A stretch of 64,000 nucleotides of DNA from Polyangiales bacterium (GCA_046351515.1 JAXLYJ010000005.1:306892-370891); one strand, 5' to 3'. Counted from the stretch's first letter, positions 28,462 through 46,217 are shown. Program-made: numbers and translations. The notes: a model not told the origin generated them from the sequence alone.

Positions 28462-29804
28462 GCAGGTCGGCCATGACGAGTGACTCTGTCGTTCGGGCGA
28501 GCGCGACCGCGCGGCGCTCTGCGCTGTTTGTGTGCATTCCGCTCGTGGGGCACTGCAACCCGTTGATCGCGCAGGCCAAGGCGCTGCGCGCGCGTGGATT
28601 TCGCGTGGCGATCGCGTCGTTCGCCGAGCTGCGCGCGCACGTCACCGCCGCGGGCGTCAGCTTCGTCGACCTCGGGCCCACGCCCGGAGGCGCGACGGCG
28701 ATGAGCGATGTCTTCGAGCGAGCGAGCGCGGCGCGGAGCTTCTTCGCCTCGTCGAAGTTGCTGCTCGAGTGGACGCTCTCGCTGTGGACGCCGCTGTTCG
28801 ACGCGCTCGTCGCGCAGATGCGAGTCGACCGTCCGTCGGTCTTGATCGCGGACCTGATGACGAGCGGAGCGATGGACGCCGCCGAGGCGCTCGACGTGCG
28901 GCTCGTGGTCAACAACGCCGACCTGCTGCCGGCGCTTTCGCTAGGGCTTCTGCCGGTGGCGGACGATGTTCCGCCGCTGTTTTGGGGGCGATCGAGGCGC
29001 TCGATCGGCGCCAAAGAGAAGCTCGCGATCGCCGCCCTTCGATCGATCGCCGTCCGTGAAGCGACCCGCACGGTGGGCGCGACCTTGAATCAACTGCGGC
29101 GGAGTCGAGGGCTGTCGGCGCGCGATGTACACGCGCGGCTCGCGGGAACGTTTGTGATCACGAATTCAACGTTCGCCATCGAGTACCCGCGTCCGTTGCG
29201 GGCGAGCATGGTGATGCTCGGACCGATGCTCGATCGCGACGAGCCTCGGGAGCTCGGCGAGCTCGGCGACTGGTTGAATCGCCCGGAGCCGGTCGTGTAC
29301 GCGAACCTCGGGACCATCGTCGCGCCTGACCGTGCGCTGCTCGATCGGATGAACGACGCGTTTGCGAGGCTCTCTGCGCGGGTCCTGTGGACGCTGCGCC
29401 CTGCGCTGCGCGAGCGATTGCGGCGGCCGGTGGCGAGCAACGTTCGGCTCGTCGAGCGCGTGCCGTCGATGCGAGCGGTGCTCGCGCACGAGCGGGTTCG
29501 TGCGTTTGTGAGTCACTGCGGCGTCAACTCGGCGCACGAGTCGCTGTGGGAAGGGTGCCCCATCGTGGGGCTCGGCGTGTTCGCCGACCAAGACGACATG
29601 GCGTGGAGAGTCGAGGACGCGGGCGTCGGCGTGAGGCTCGATTCGCGCAAGGCGAGCGCGATCGAGATCGCTTCGGCGATCGAGCGCGTGATGCGCGACG
29701 AGTCGATGCGCGCGCGCGCTCGCGAGGTGCGCGCGAGCTTCGAGGCAGCCGGCGGGGCAGAAATGGCGGCGTTGCTCATCGAGCAGTGCGCCGCGCGCGA
29801 ATGA
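28455..29804 (+). CDS. GT1-family UDP-glycosyltransferase (macrolide-GT/CrtX/Rgt-like)
   Basis: ATG overlaps the P450 stop by 7 nt. N-terminal FVCIPLVGHCNPLIAQAKAL and C-terminal FVSHCGVNSAHESLWEGCPIVGLGVFADQ (PSPG-like donor box) are GT1/MGT signatures. Confidence 0.8.
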   Translation: MLSRSAMTSDSVVRASATARRSALFVCIPLVGHCNPLIAQAKALRARGFRVAIASFAELRAHVTAAGVSFVDLGPTPGGATAMSDVFERASAARSFFASSKLLLEWTLSLWTPLFDALVAQMRVDRPSVLIADLMTSGAMDAAEALDVRLVVNNADLLPALSLGLLPVADDVPPLFWGRSRRSIGAKEKLAIAALRSIAVREATRTVGATLNQLRRSRGLSARDVHARLAGTFVITNSTFAIEYPRPLRASMVMLGPMLDRDEPRELGELGDWLNRPEPVVYANLGTIVAPDRALLDRMNDAFARLSARVLWTLRPALRERLRRPVASNVRLVERVPSMRAVLAHERVRAFVSHCGVNSAHESLWEGCPIVGLGVFADQDDMAWRVEDAGVGVRLDSRKASAIEIASAIERVMRDESMRARAREVRASFEAAGGAEMAALLIEQCAARE

Positions 29805-29820
29805 AAGACAGAGAGGAACA

Positions 29821-32079
29821 GTGACGATGAGCGACGAGCTTGCCCGCGGAACAGCGGCGATTCCTTCGGACTGGCCTGGGCGAGGGCCGATCGACCTCGC
29901 GGTGCACGACCTGCCTCACGCTTCGTCTTCGGTCGAGTGGTGGTACGTCAACGCGCACGTCGAGACGGACAAGGGCGCGAAGCTCTCGGTGTTCGCGAGC
30001 TTCTTCGTCGTGACGGTGTCCGACGAGGACGCCGCGCGAACGGGCAGCAAACATCGGCACTTCGTGACGTGGGCGGTGATCGACCCCGAGCGCAGAGCGT
30101 ACGTGGCCGAGGCGCTGCTCGACCCGAAGACGCCCGCCGATGGCATCGAGCGGCTCGATCGCGGAGAAGGTTCGACGGACGTCCGAATTCGGCGCGCGAT
30201 GAGGGAGATGTTCGAGCGAGGAGGCGTTCCGAAGCCAGATCGTCTGCTGCGCACATCGAGCGTGGCGACGGATCGACTGGCGATCGCGATGGACGCGCAG
30301 CGGTTTACGAAGCTCGACGACGGGAGGTATCGCTTGGAGCTCGCGTCGAGCGACGGCGCGACGGGCGCGACGCTCGATTTCTCCCTCGAGAAGCCGGTGA
30401 TTCGCCACGGAGACGACGGCGTCGTCGCGGGCTTCACGGTGAAGCGAATGTTCTACTACTTCGTTCCTCGCTGCGGCGTGAGCGGCACCGTTCGCGTCGC
30501 GGGCGAAGAGCAGCGCGTGGTGAGCGGTCGCGGCTGGTACGACCACGAGTTTGGCGAGCACGCGTCTGGCGCGGCCGGCAAAGAGCAGTCCGTCGCGTGG
30601 AACTGGATCTCAGCGCAGCTCGATGACGGCACCGACGTGAGCGCGTACGAGACCTACGACGAGGGCGATGGAAACAAGCCGCTCGAGCGCCGCGTGGTGA
30701 TCATTGCCGCGGACGGAGCACGCACGGTGCACAGTGATTTCACGCTCGAATCGTCGGAGCCGTGGACGAGCACACGCACGTTCAACGCGTACCCGACGCG
30801 TTGGAAGCTCACGGTGCCTTCGGCTGACCTCGTGATCGACGCGCGCGCGGCGTTCGTGGCCCAGGAGTTTTGCACGCTGCTGTCCCCGCCGGCGTTTTGG
30901 GAGGGACGCATGGACATCCGCGCGAATCGCGCGGGCATCGAGGTGCAAGGCGTCGGGTTCGTCGAGCGGTCGGGGATGCAAGAGTCGACCACGCTCGATC
31001 GCTTCTTCACTGCGGTCGGTCGCGAGTCGCGTCGCGCGGTGGATCAGCTCATCCCGGCGAGGCTCGAACGGCAAGACCTCGTGCGACTGTTCGCGAGCGA
31101 GCGTCACGCGGATCACATGAACGGGGTCGACGCCGAGCAGCTCTCGGCGGTGCTCACTCGTCCGGTTCGCGACATCGCGCTGCGCGGCGGAAAAGCCTGG
31201 CGCTCGTTCGCGCTGCTCGCCTCGCTCGACATGGTGGGCGGCGACTCCGAGCGGCACCGGCACTGGCTCGCGTTTCCTGAGCTGCTGCACACGGGGAGCT
31301 TGATCCTCGACGACGTTCAGGATCGAAGCGAGGTGCGTCGCGGCGGTCCGTCGCTGCACCGGTTGATCGGCGAGCCGCTCGCGATCAACGCGGGCAGCGC
31401 GTGCGCGTACCTCGCGCTGCTCGTCGGGCTGAAGGACGAGATGACGGCGGACGTTCGCGTGCGCGTTCACGAAGAGTTCTTTCAGGCGCTTCGCGCGGCG
31501 CACGCGGGGCAGGCGCTCGACATCGCAGGGTTGCATCACTTGCTTCCCGTGGTCGTCGAGAGCGGCGACGGAGCGCTGCTCGAAGAGCGGGTGAGGGCGA
31601 TCCATCGACTGAAGTCTGCGATTCCGCCGGCGGCGCTCGCGCGCGCGGCGGTGCACATTGCCGGAGGAACGCGGGAGCAAGAAGCGGCGCTCGACGCGCT
31701 CTTCGACGCGTTCGGCGTGGCGTTTCAAGGGATGGACGACGTGCTCAACCTCCGCGGCTTCGAGGGCAACCTCAAGGATCGCGGCGAGGACGTCGCTGAA
31801 GGAAAGGTCACCGCGCCCGTGGCGAAGGCGATGAGCCGGCTCGCGCTCGAGGGGCGCCGCGAGCTGTGGGCCATTCTCGATTCGAGCACGAGGGACCGCG
31901 CGAAGATCGACCGAGCGATCGCGTTGATGGAGTCGTGCGGCGCGATCGACGCGGTCGAGCAAGAAGCGCGTTCGTTGATCGAGACGACGTGGGAGCGCGT
32001 GGCGCCGGTGTTCGAGGACTCGCTCTCGAAGCTGATGATCCGCTCGTTCGGCTGGTACATCCTCGAGCGGCACTACTGA
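29821..32079 (+). CDS. Fusion protein: N-terminal CrtC/AttH-like carotenoid 1,2-hydratase-like lipocalin domain plus C-terminal trans-polyprenyl diphosphate synthase domain
   Basis: GTG start with AGAGAGGA RBS. N-terminal SVEWWYVNAHV...SFFVV matches the CrtC/AttH signature. C-terminal LILDDVQDRSEVRRGGPSLH (FARM), GQALD, FQGMDDVLN (SARM variant DDxxN) and AEGKVT match the isoprenyl diphosphate synthase fold. Confidence 0.65.
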   Translation: MTMSDELARGTAAIPSDWPGRGPIDLAVHDLPHASSSVEWWYVNAHVETDKGAKLSVFASFFVVTVSDEDAARTGSKHRHFVTWAVIDPERRAYVAEALLDPKTPADGIERLDRGEGSTDVRIRRAMREMFERGGVPKPDRLLRTSSVATDRLAIAMDAQRFTKLDDGRYRLELASSDGATGATLDFSLEKPVIRHGDDGVVAGFTVKRMFYYFVPRCGVSGTVRVAGEEQRVVSGRGWYDHEFGEHASGAAGKEQSVAWNWISAQLDDGTDVSAYETYDEGDGNKPLERRVVIIAADGARTVHSDFTLESSEPWTSTRTFNAYPTRWKLTVPSADLVIDARAAFVAQEFCTLLSPPAFWEGRMDIRANRAGIEVQGVGFVERSGMQESTTLDRFFTAVGRESRRAVDQLIPARLERQDLVRLFASERHADHMNGVDAEQLSAVLTRPVRDIALRGGKAWRSFALLASLDMVGGDSERHRHWLAFPELLHTGSLILDDVQDRSEVRRGGPSLHRLIGEPLAINAGSACAYLALLVGLKDEMTADVRVRVHEEFFQALRAAHAGQALDIAGLHHLLPVVVESGDGALLEERVRAIHRLKSAIPPAALARAAVHIAGGTREQEAALDALFDAFGVAFQGMDDVLNLRGFEGNLKDRGEDVAEGKVTAPVAKAMSRLALEGRRELWAILDSSTRDRAKIDRAIALMESCGAIDAVEQEARSLIETTWERVAPVFEDSLSKLMIRSFGWYILERHY

Positions 32080-32099
32080 GCGAGAGCGAGAACGACACC

Positions 32100-33143
32100 G
32101 TGATCGCGACATCGCTCAGCGCTGAGGACGACCTTCGCCACGCACACGGCGACGATCCTCACTGGAACGAATCGTTCTATTTCAATTTCTTCGACGCCGA
32201 CCGCGGCCTCGGCGGCTTCACGCGCATCGGGTTTTCTCCGTCGCGCGGCGTGGTGGACATGGTCCTGTGTGTCTATCGCCCGAGCGGCGGCGTGCTCGTC
32301 GTGCGCAGGGTCGCGCCGTTTTCAGCGCTGAGTGAGCGGCGCTCGCTCGTCGAAGTGGGGCCGCTGCGATTCGAGTGCGTCGAGCCTCTGCATCGTTGGC
32401 GGCTGTTCTTCGCGGGCGACGCGTTTTCGATCAGCGATCCAGCGGTCGTGCTCGCCCTGACGAGGCACGGGCTCGTGGATGTCGCGCGGGCGGGGCTCGC
32501 GATCGATCTGGAGTTTACCGCGCTTCATCCAGTGTACGTGTTTCCGAAGCTGCCGCAGCGGAGGATGTCGCTCGGCGAGTCGCTCGGCGCTCGGCGGTCG
32601 TTTGGGGACATCGTCGCGCGGGCCAGGAGGGTTCCGGCGCGGCTCGCGAGCGCCGTGAAGATGCGAGACAACCATCACTTCGAGCAGGCGGGGCGCGTGC
32701 GCGGGCTCGTCGCGATCGACGGCGAGCGAGTCTCGATCGACGGCACGGGGATGCGCGATCGATCATGGGGCCTTCGCGATTGGACGGTGCCCACGCGCTG
32801 GTGGTGGATCAACACGCAGTTCGGCGACGACCTCGCGTTCAACGCGTTTCGCATTCACCTGTTCGGCTACGACGCGTGGGGCGGCTACGTGTGGAACAAC
32901 GGTCGTCTCAGCACGCTCGGCGATTGGAAGCGCCACGAGCGACAAGACGGCACCGCGTTGCTCACGTTGCCCGCCGAAGACGGCGCGGTGCACGAAGTGA
33001 TCGTCGAGCGACTCATGCCCGTCCCGTTCTCGATCAGCGAGCCCGGGTTCGACACGGTGCTCGACGAGGCGATCGCGAGGTTTCGATGGAACGGGCGGGC
33101 GTCGCTCGGCATCGACGAGAAAATGGAGCGTGTTTTTCCATGA
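32100..33143 (+). CDS. Hypothetical protein, possibly second CrtC/AttH-like beta-sandwich domain protein
   Basis: ORF 31866..33143. Proposed GTG 32100 start just after the upstream stop. HWNESFYFNFFD...WWWINTQFGDD aromatic-rich beta motifs. Its stop overlaps the next start (ATGA). Confidence 0.4.
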   Translation: MIATSLSAEDDLRHAHGDDPHWNESFYFNFFDADRGLGGFTRIGFSPSRGVVDMVLCVYRPSGGVLVVRRVAPFSALSERRSLVEVGPLRFECVEPLHRWRLFFAGDAFSISDPAVVLALTRHGLVDVARAGLAIDLEFTALHPVYVFPKLPQRRMSLGESLGARRSFGDIVARARRVPARLASAVKMRDNHHFEQAGRVRGLVAIDGERVSIDGTGMRDRSWGLRDWTVPTRWWWINTQFGDDLAFNAFRIHLFGYDAWGGYVWNNGRLSTLGDWKRHERQDGTALLTLPAEDGAVHEVIVERLMPVPFSISEPGFDTVLDEAIARFRWNGRASLGIDEKMERVFP

Positions 33144-35830
33144 GCATCCTGATCGACCTCTCGAGCGAGCGCGCGCGTGACGTCGCGCAGGTGGGTTCGA
33201 AGGCCTGCTCGCTCGCCTCGCTCGCGCGCGAGGGCTTTCGGGTCCCCGCCGCGGTGGTCGTCGACAGCGCAGCGTTCGACCGCGCGATCGACGCGCTGGG
33301 CTTGCGCGAGGCGCTCGTCGCGCTGCACGAGGACCGCTCGATCGACGAGCCATCGCTGCGCGAGCGAGCGACGGAGATCCAAGCGTGCATCCGCCGCTCG
33401 AGCCTCGAGCCACCGCTGATCGACGCCGTCCGCGCGTGGGTCACCGACGAGAGCGCTCGTTGGGCGGTGCGCTCGTCAGCGATCGCCGAGGACCTCGGCG
33501 ACGCGAGCTTCGCGGGCGTGTACGAGTCCGTGCTCGGAGCGCGGGGAGCGGACGCGGTCATCGACGCGATCCGGCAATGTTGGGCGTCGTTCGTCTCTGC
33601 GCATGCGATCTCGTATCGAAGGCGGCACGCGACGACGAACTTTCGCGGCGCGGTCCTCGTGCAGGCGCTGATCGACGCGGATGCTGCAGGCGTCGCCTTC
33701 ACGCGAGAGCCGACGACGGGCGCGACGGACGTCGTCGTCATCGAGTCGACGCGCGGTCTGGGCGAGGCGCTCGTCTCGGGGCACGTCTCGCCGGACGCGT
33801 TTTGGGTGCGCAAGCGCGACGGGGTGATCCTACGATCACGCATCGTCGAGAAGCGCTCGGCGACGAGGCTCGCTCCGCAGGGAGTCGAGCTCGTGGCGCT
33901 CGATGAGCGTCAGTCTTTCGCTGCGTCGATTGACGATCGAACGGCGCGCGCGATCGCCGCGGTCGCAACGCAGATCGAGCGTGTTCGCGAGCGCTGCGTC
34001 GACGTCGAGTGGGCGACGGCCGGCGGAGCGCTGTGGGTGCTGCAGGCGCGCGCGATCACCGCGGGAGCGTCATCGCAAGACGCGCGGACCAGCATCGACG
34101 TGAGCGACGACTTCGTCCCTGCGTTGCAGAGCAAAATCGATCCGCGCTTCGTCTGCTACTCGCGAGGAAACATCGGCGAGGTGCTCCCTGGCTGCGTGAC
34201 CCCCCTCGCGTTCAGCTTGTCGGTCCCGCCGCTCGAGCATGCGTTTCGGTCGATGGGCGCGAGCACGGGAGTGCTCCCGGCGCTCGGCGAAGAGCCGGTG
34301 ATCCTCGGGATGTTCTTTCATCGGTTGTACTTGAACGTGAGCGTGTTTCTCGCGATGGCCGACGCCTCGCCGGGAGCGTCACGAGACGCCGTGTACGAAG
34401 AGCTCGTCGGGCCAGTGAGCGAGCGATCGTCGGCGTTCAAGTGGAGCGACCTTCGACCGTCGCGCATCAAGCAAGGCCTGCGCGTGTGGGGCGCCGCGCT
34501 CGCGCAGGACAAGCGCGCGGAGTCCGACCTGGCCGAGTGCGTGCGCGAGCTCGACCGAGAGCGAGCGAGGATCGACGAGTTTCCTCCAGAGCAGTGGGCG
34601 TTGGATCGATTTGTGTCCGAGCCGCTGCTGGTCGCGAGGCGCTCGCGCGCGGTCGACGTTCACATCGTGATCTCGCAGGGGGCGTCGTCGAACTATCGAT
34701 TCTTGAAGGAGCAGTGCGCGAAGCACCTCGGCGACGAGCGCGGCTCGCTCGCAGCGTTGTTGGTCTCGGGAATCGGCTCGCTGGCGAGCGCGGATCCTGC
34801 GGTCGCGATCGACACGCTCGCGCGAGAAGCGCTCGCGCACGCGACGGTCCGGGCGCTGTTCGAGCACGAACACGACGATCGAGCGCTGTGGTCCGCGCTG
34901 CAAGCGAGGCGAATGAGCGACGAGGGGGCCGCGGCGTTTCTGCGCGCCTTCGAGGTGTTCTTGGTGAGGCACGGGCACCGAGGCGTGGGCGAGGGAGATT
35001 TTCGCAACGCGACGTGGCGCGAAGAGCCCCCGCGCGTGCTCGCGTTCGTGCGTGCGCAGCTCGCGACGGGCGGCGTCGAGGCGAGCGCGCGGCTCGATCG
35101 GCAGCGCGCGTTGGCTGAGCGTGCTCGCGCAGAGAGCGCGGCGCGGATCGGCGCGTTGAGTCGATCGGTGTTCACGGCGGTGCTTCAGGGCTCGCTGCGG
35201 TACCTGCGCCTGCGCGAAGAGAGCAAAGACGTCGTGATGCGCTTCGGTGATCTGACGCGTCGAGTGGTGCGCGCGTTGAGCGCGCGGCTGGTCGAAGCGC
35301 AGCGGCTGCACACCGAGGACGACGTGCACTTTTGCACGGTGAACGAGCTGCTCGCGATGGCGAGGGGCGAGCTCGACCGAGAGCAGATCGAGTCGATCGT
35401 GGCTGCGAGGCGGGCGGACTTCGCTAGGTGCGAGGCGATCGACGTTCCCAAGCTGATCGAGGGAAGGGCGCGGTGGATACGCGCGCAGGCTCGAGAGGCT
35501 CCGTCGGGGGCGCTCGCGGGGGTGGCGGCGAGCGCAGGCGTCTTCGAGGGAACCGCGCGGGTGCTGAGCGATCCGTCCGACGGAGCGCGGCTCGAGAAGG
35601 GCGACGTGCTCGTCGCGCCGGTGACCGACCTCGCGTGGACGCCGCTGTTTTCACGGGCGGGCGCCGTGGTGGTCGAGGTCGGCGGGCTTCTGTCCCACGG
35701 CAGCGTCGTGGCGCGCGAGTACGGGCTGCCGGCGGTCGTGGGCGTCGCCGGAGCGCTCGGGGTGATTCGCGATGGCGCGCGCGTGCGGGTGGACGGCGAT
35801 CGCGGCGAAGTGACGGTGCTCGCCCCCTGA
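33140..35830 (+). CDS. PEP-utilizing-enzyme family phosphotransferase with rifampicin-phosphotransferase-like architecture (PPDK_N ATP-grasp, central domain, C-terminal phosphohistidine swivel domain)
   Basis: ATG 33140 inside ORF 32375..35830. N-terminal VGSKACSLASLAREGFRVPAAVVV...WAVRSSAIAEDLGDASFAGVYES is the PPDK/PpsA N-terminal ATP-binding domain. C-terminal GDVLVAPVTDLAWTPLFSRAGAVVVEVGGLLSHGSVVAREYGLPAVVGV is the mobile His domain. There is no C-terminal TIM-barrel, which resembles rifampicin phosphotransferase (Rph) rather than PpsA. Confidence 0.7.
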   Translation: MSILIDLSSERARDVAQVGSKACSLASLAREGFRVPAAVVVDSAAFDRAIDALGLREALVALHEDRSIDEPSLRERATEIQACIRRSSLEPPLIDAVRAWVTDESARWAVRSSAIAEDLGDASFAGVYESVLGARGADAVIDAIRQCWASFVSAHAISYRRRHATTNFRGAVLVQALIDADAAGVAFTREPTTGATDVVVIESTRGLGEALVSGHVSPDAFWVRKRDGVILRSRIVEKRSATRLAPQGVELVALDERQSFAASIDDRTARAIAAVATQIERVRERCVDVEWATAGGALWVLQARAITAGASSQDARTSIDVSDDFVPALQSKIDPRFVCYSRGNIGEVLPGCVTPLAFSLSVPPLEHAFRSMGASTGVLPALGEEPVILGMFFHRLYLNVSVFLAMADASPGASRDAVYEELVGPVSERSSAFKWSDLRPSRIKQGLRVWGAALAQDKRAESDLAECVRELDRERARIDEFPPEQWALDRFVSEPLLVARRSRAVDVHIVISQGASSNYRFLKEQCAKHLGDERGSLAALLVSGIGSLASADPAVAIDTLAREALAHATVRALFEHEHDDRALWSALQARRMSDEGAAAFLRAFEVFLVRHGHRGVGEGDFRNATWREEPPRVLAFVRAQLATGGVEASARLDRQRALAERARAESAARIGALSRSVFTAVLQGSLRYLRLREESKDVVMRFGDLTRRVVRALSARLVEAQRLHTEDDVHFCTVNELLAMARGELDREQIESIVAARRADFARCEAIDVPKLIEGRARWIRAQAREAPSGALAGVAASAGVFEGTARVLSDPSDGARLEKGDVLVAPVTDLAWTPLFSRAGAVVVEVGGLLSHGSVVAREYGLPAVVGVAGALGVIRDGARVRVDGDRGEVTVLAP

Positions 35831-35842
35831 GCGCTGCGCGGC

Positions 35843-36190
35843 TCAGTTCTGCTGGCTCGCGGGCAGCTGCTCGGCCATGAACTCGAGCCCCTGACGGGTG
35901 ATGAGGAAGCGGACCGTTCCGGTTCCGCGCTCGGTGTCGATCGTGGCTTCGAAGGCAGGGCCGCCGACGGTGCCGAGCATCATGTCGCGTCGGAGGTTGT
36001 CGATCTTGCCCTGAACGAGCGGAGCGTTGATCTTGGCGCTGCCTGTGTCCGTTCGGTACAAGTCCCAAGCGGCGTCGAACAGGATGCGAGCGAGCGAAGA
36101 GCTGAGCGGCTGTGTGCTGAAGAGCACGGAGATCAGCCGCCATTTGAAGTCGTCGTCGGGGGAGGGGGCGTCGTTCGAGTCGTCTTGCAT
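35843..36190 (-). CDS. Hypothetical small protein (115 aa) upstream of and divergent from rpoB
   Basis: ORF only. No motifs recognised. Codon usage is consistent with the genome. Confidence 0.35.
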   Translation of the reverse strand: MQDDSNDAPSPDDDFKWRLISVLFSTQPLSSSLARILFDAAWDLYRTDTGSAKINAPLVQGKIDNLRRDMMLGTVGGPAFEATIDTERGTGTVRFLITRQGLEFMAEQLPASQQN

Positions 36191-36559
36191 TGGGCGACAG
36201 AATCACTGTGAGAATTTCGAGGAAATCACGGGGACCGCAAAGAGCGGGCCAGGGGGGCTTGCACGCGTGGTGCGGCCGGGTTAGAAGGCCGCTCCCTCGT
36301 ACTTGCCAGTGTTGTCACTGACGAGGCCGAGTCCGTTAGCCCTGAACTGGAGGAGACGAGAGGCCGCAGCAGAAGCGTTGCAAGTCGACAGCATCGCCCG
36401 ACCGATCGTCCGAGTCATACTACTCCGAACGGAACCGGCGCGCCGCAGCGAAGAAATCGCCTGAAAATCTTCAGGCAACTTCACGCTGCAGCACGGTTGC
36501 CGACCCTTGTGAGCTCTTCTCGCTGAGCCTCTCTCTCCCGACCCGTGCAGAGAGGATCC

Positions 36560-40750
<4,191 letters not shown>

Positions 40751-40781
40751 TTTCTCGAGGACTTAGAAAGGACACACCCAC

Positions 40782-45413
<4,632 letters not shown>

Positions 45414-45506
45414 TGCGCGGTCGCTGAGCCGCTGCAAGGGGGAGGCGGTCGGCGTGACAGCCATGGGGGAGGCCGAGCGTTCGCGCGTCGTGGCAAGATC
45501 CGCGGC

Positions 45507-46217
45507 GTGAACGCTCGCTCGCTGGTGTGCTCATCCGCCGTGATCGTCGCGCTCGTCGCGTGTCGCGAGCCCGCGCAGACGCCCACCAACGGCACCGTCG
45601 TGGCGCGCGCGCCGGTCGAGCCTCCGCCCTCGCGCGACCGCGGCACACACAATCAAGATGCAAGCGAAAACACTGATCGAATCGGCGAAGCTCCGAGGGG
45701 CGTCGACGCGATTGCCGGCCTGCGCTGCTCGCTCTCGAGGCAGGGCAGGCTGAGCCCGGTCGGAGAGTTTGGCGCAGAGGACGTCAACGACGATCGGGTG
45801 CTCGACCTGGTCGAGCGCGTTCCGGCGGTGTACGCGCAGAGCGCGGGAGGGCTGCTGATCGCCTCGACCGCGCGGCGCGTGTCCTTGCCGTGGCCTCGCA
45901 TCGCGCGAGGAGAGCGTTGTGTCATCGACGATCCTGACGCGAGGGCGTACGCGCGGCGAATGTGCCCTTCGCGCCCGCTCACGTACTTTGCGCGTCGCCC
46001 CGGTGCGCAACCTTCCGTCGAGGACTCGCAGGCAGAGGCGCTGCGAACCGTGGCCTGCGCGCGGGCTTGGGGCGTCGAGGTCACGGCGATTGTTCGCTCG
46101 CTCGACGCGATCCGCCGGGCGGGAGCGCTGCCCGAGGGGGTTCAATTCGACGCGCTCGCGGCGTTTGCGCGGCAGCTCAATCCTCCGTGGATCCTGTCGA
46201 ACGCGAGCACACGCTGA
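45507..46217 (+). CDS. Hypothetical secreted lipoprotein-like protein carrying one QCP..VACARxWG module
   Basis: Signal-like N-terminus (SLVCSSAVIVALVAC). The motif ALRTVACARAWGVEVTAIVRSL is shared with the next gene. Confidence 0.45.
   Translation: MNARSLVCSSAVIVALVACREPAQTPTNGTVVARAPVEPPPSRDRGTHNQDASENTDRIGEAPRGVDAIAGLRCSLSRQGRLSPVGEFGAEDVNDDRVLDLVERVPAVYAQSAGGLLIASTARRVSLPWPRIARGERCVIDDPDARAYARRMCPSRPLTYFARRPGAQPSVEDSQAEALRTVACARAWGVEVTAIVRSLDAIRRAGALPEGVQFDALAAFARQLNPPWILSNASTR

Noticed and set aside
25518-36559. Island between rplL and rpoB read as a mobile element or prophage remnant
   Set aside because: No integrase, transposase, tRNA attachment site or flanking direct repeats are visible, and GC content and codon usage match the host. 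It is treated instead as a lineage-specific chromosomal insertion.
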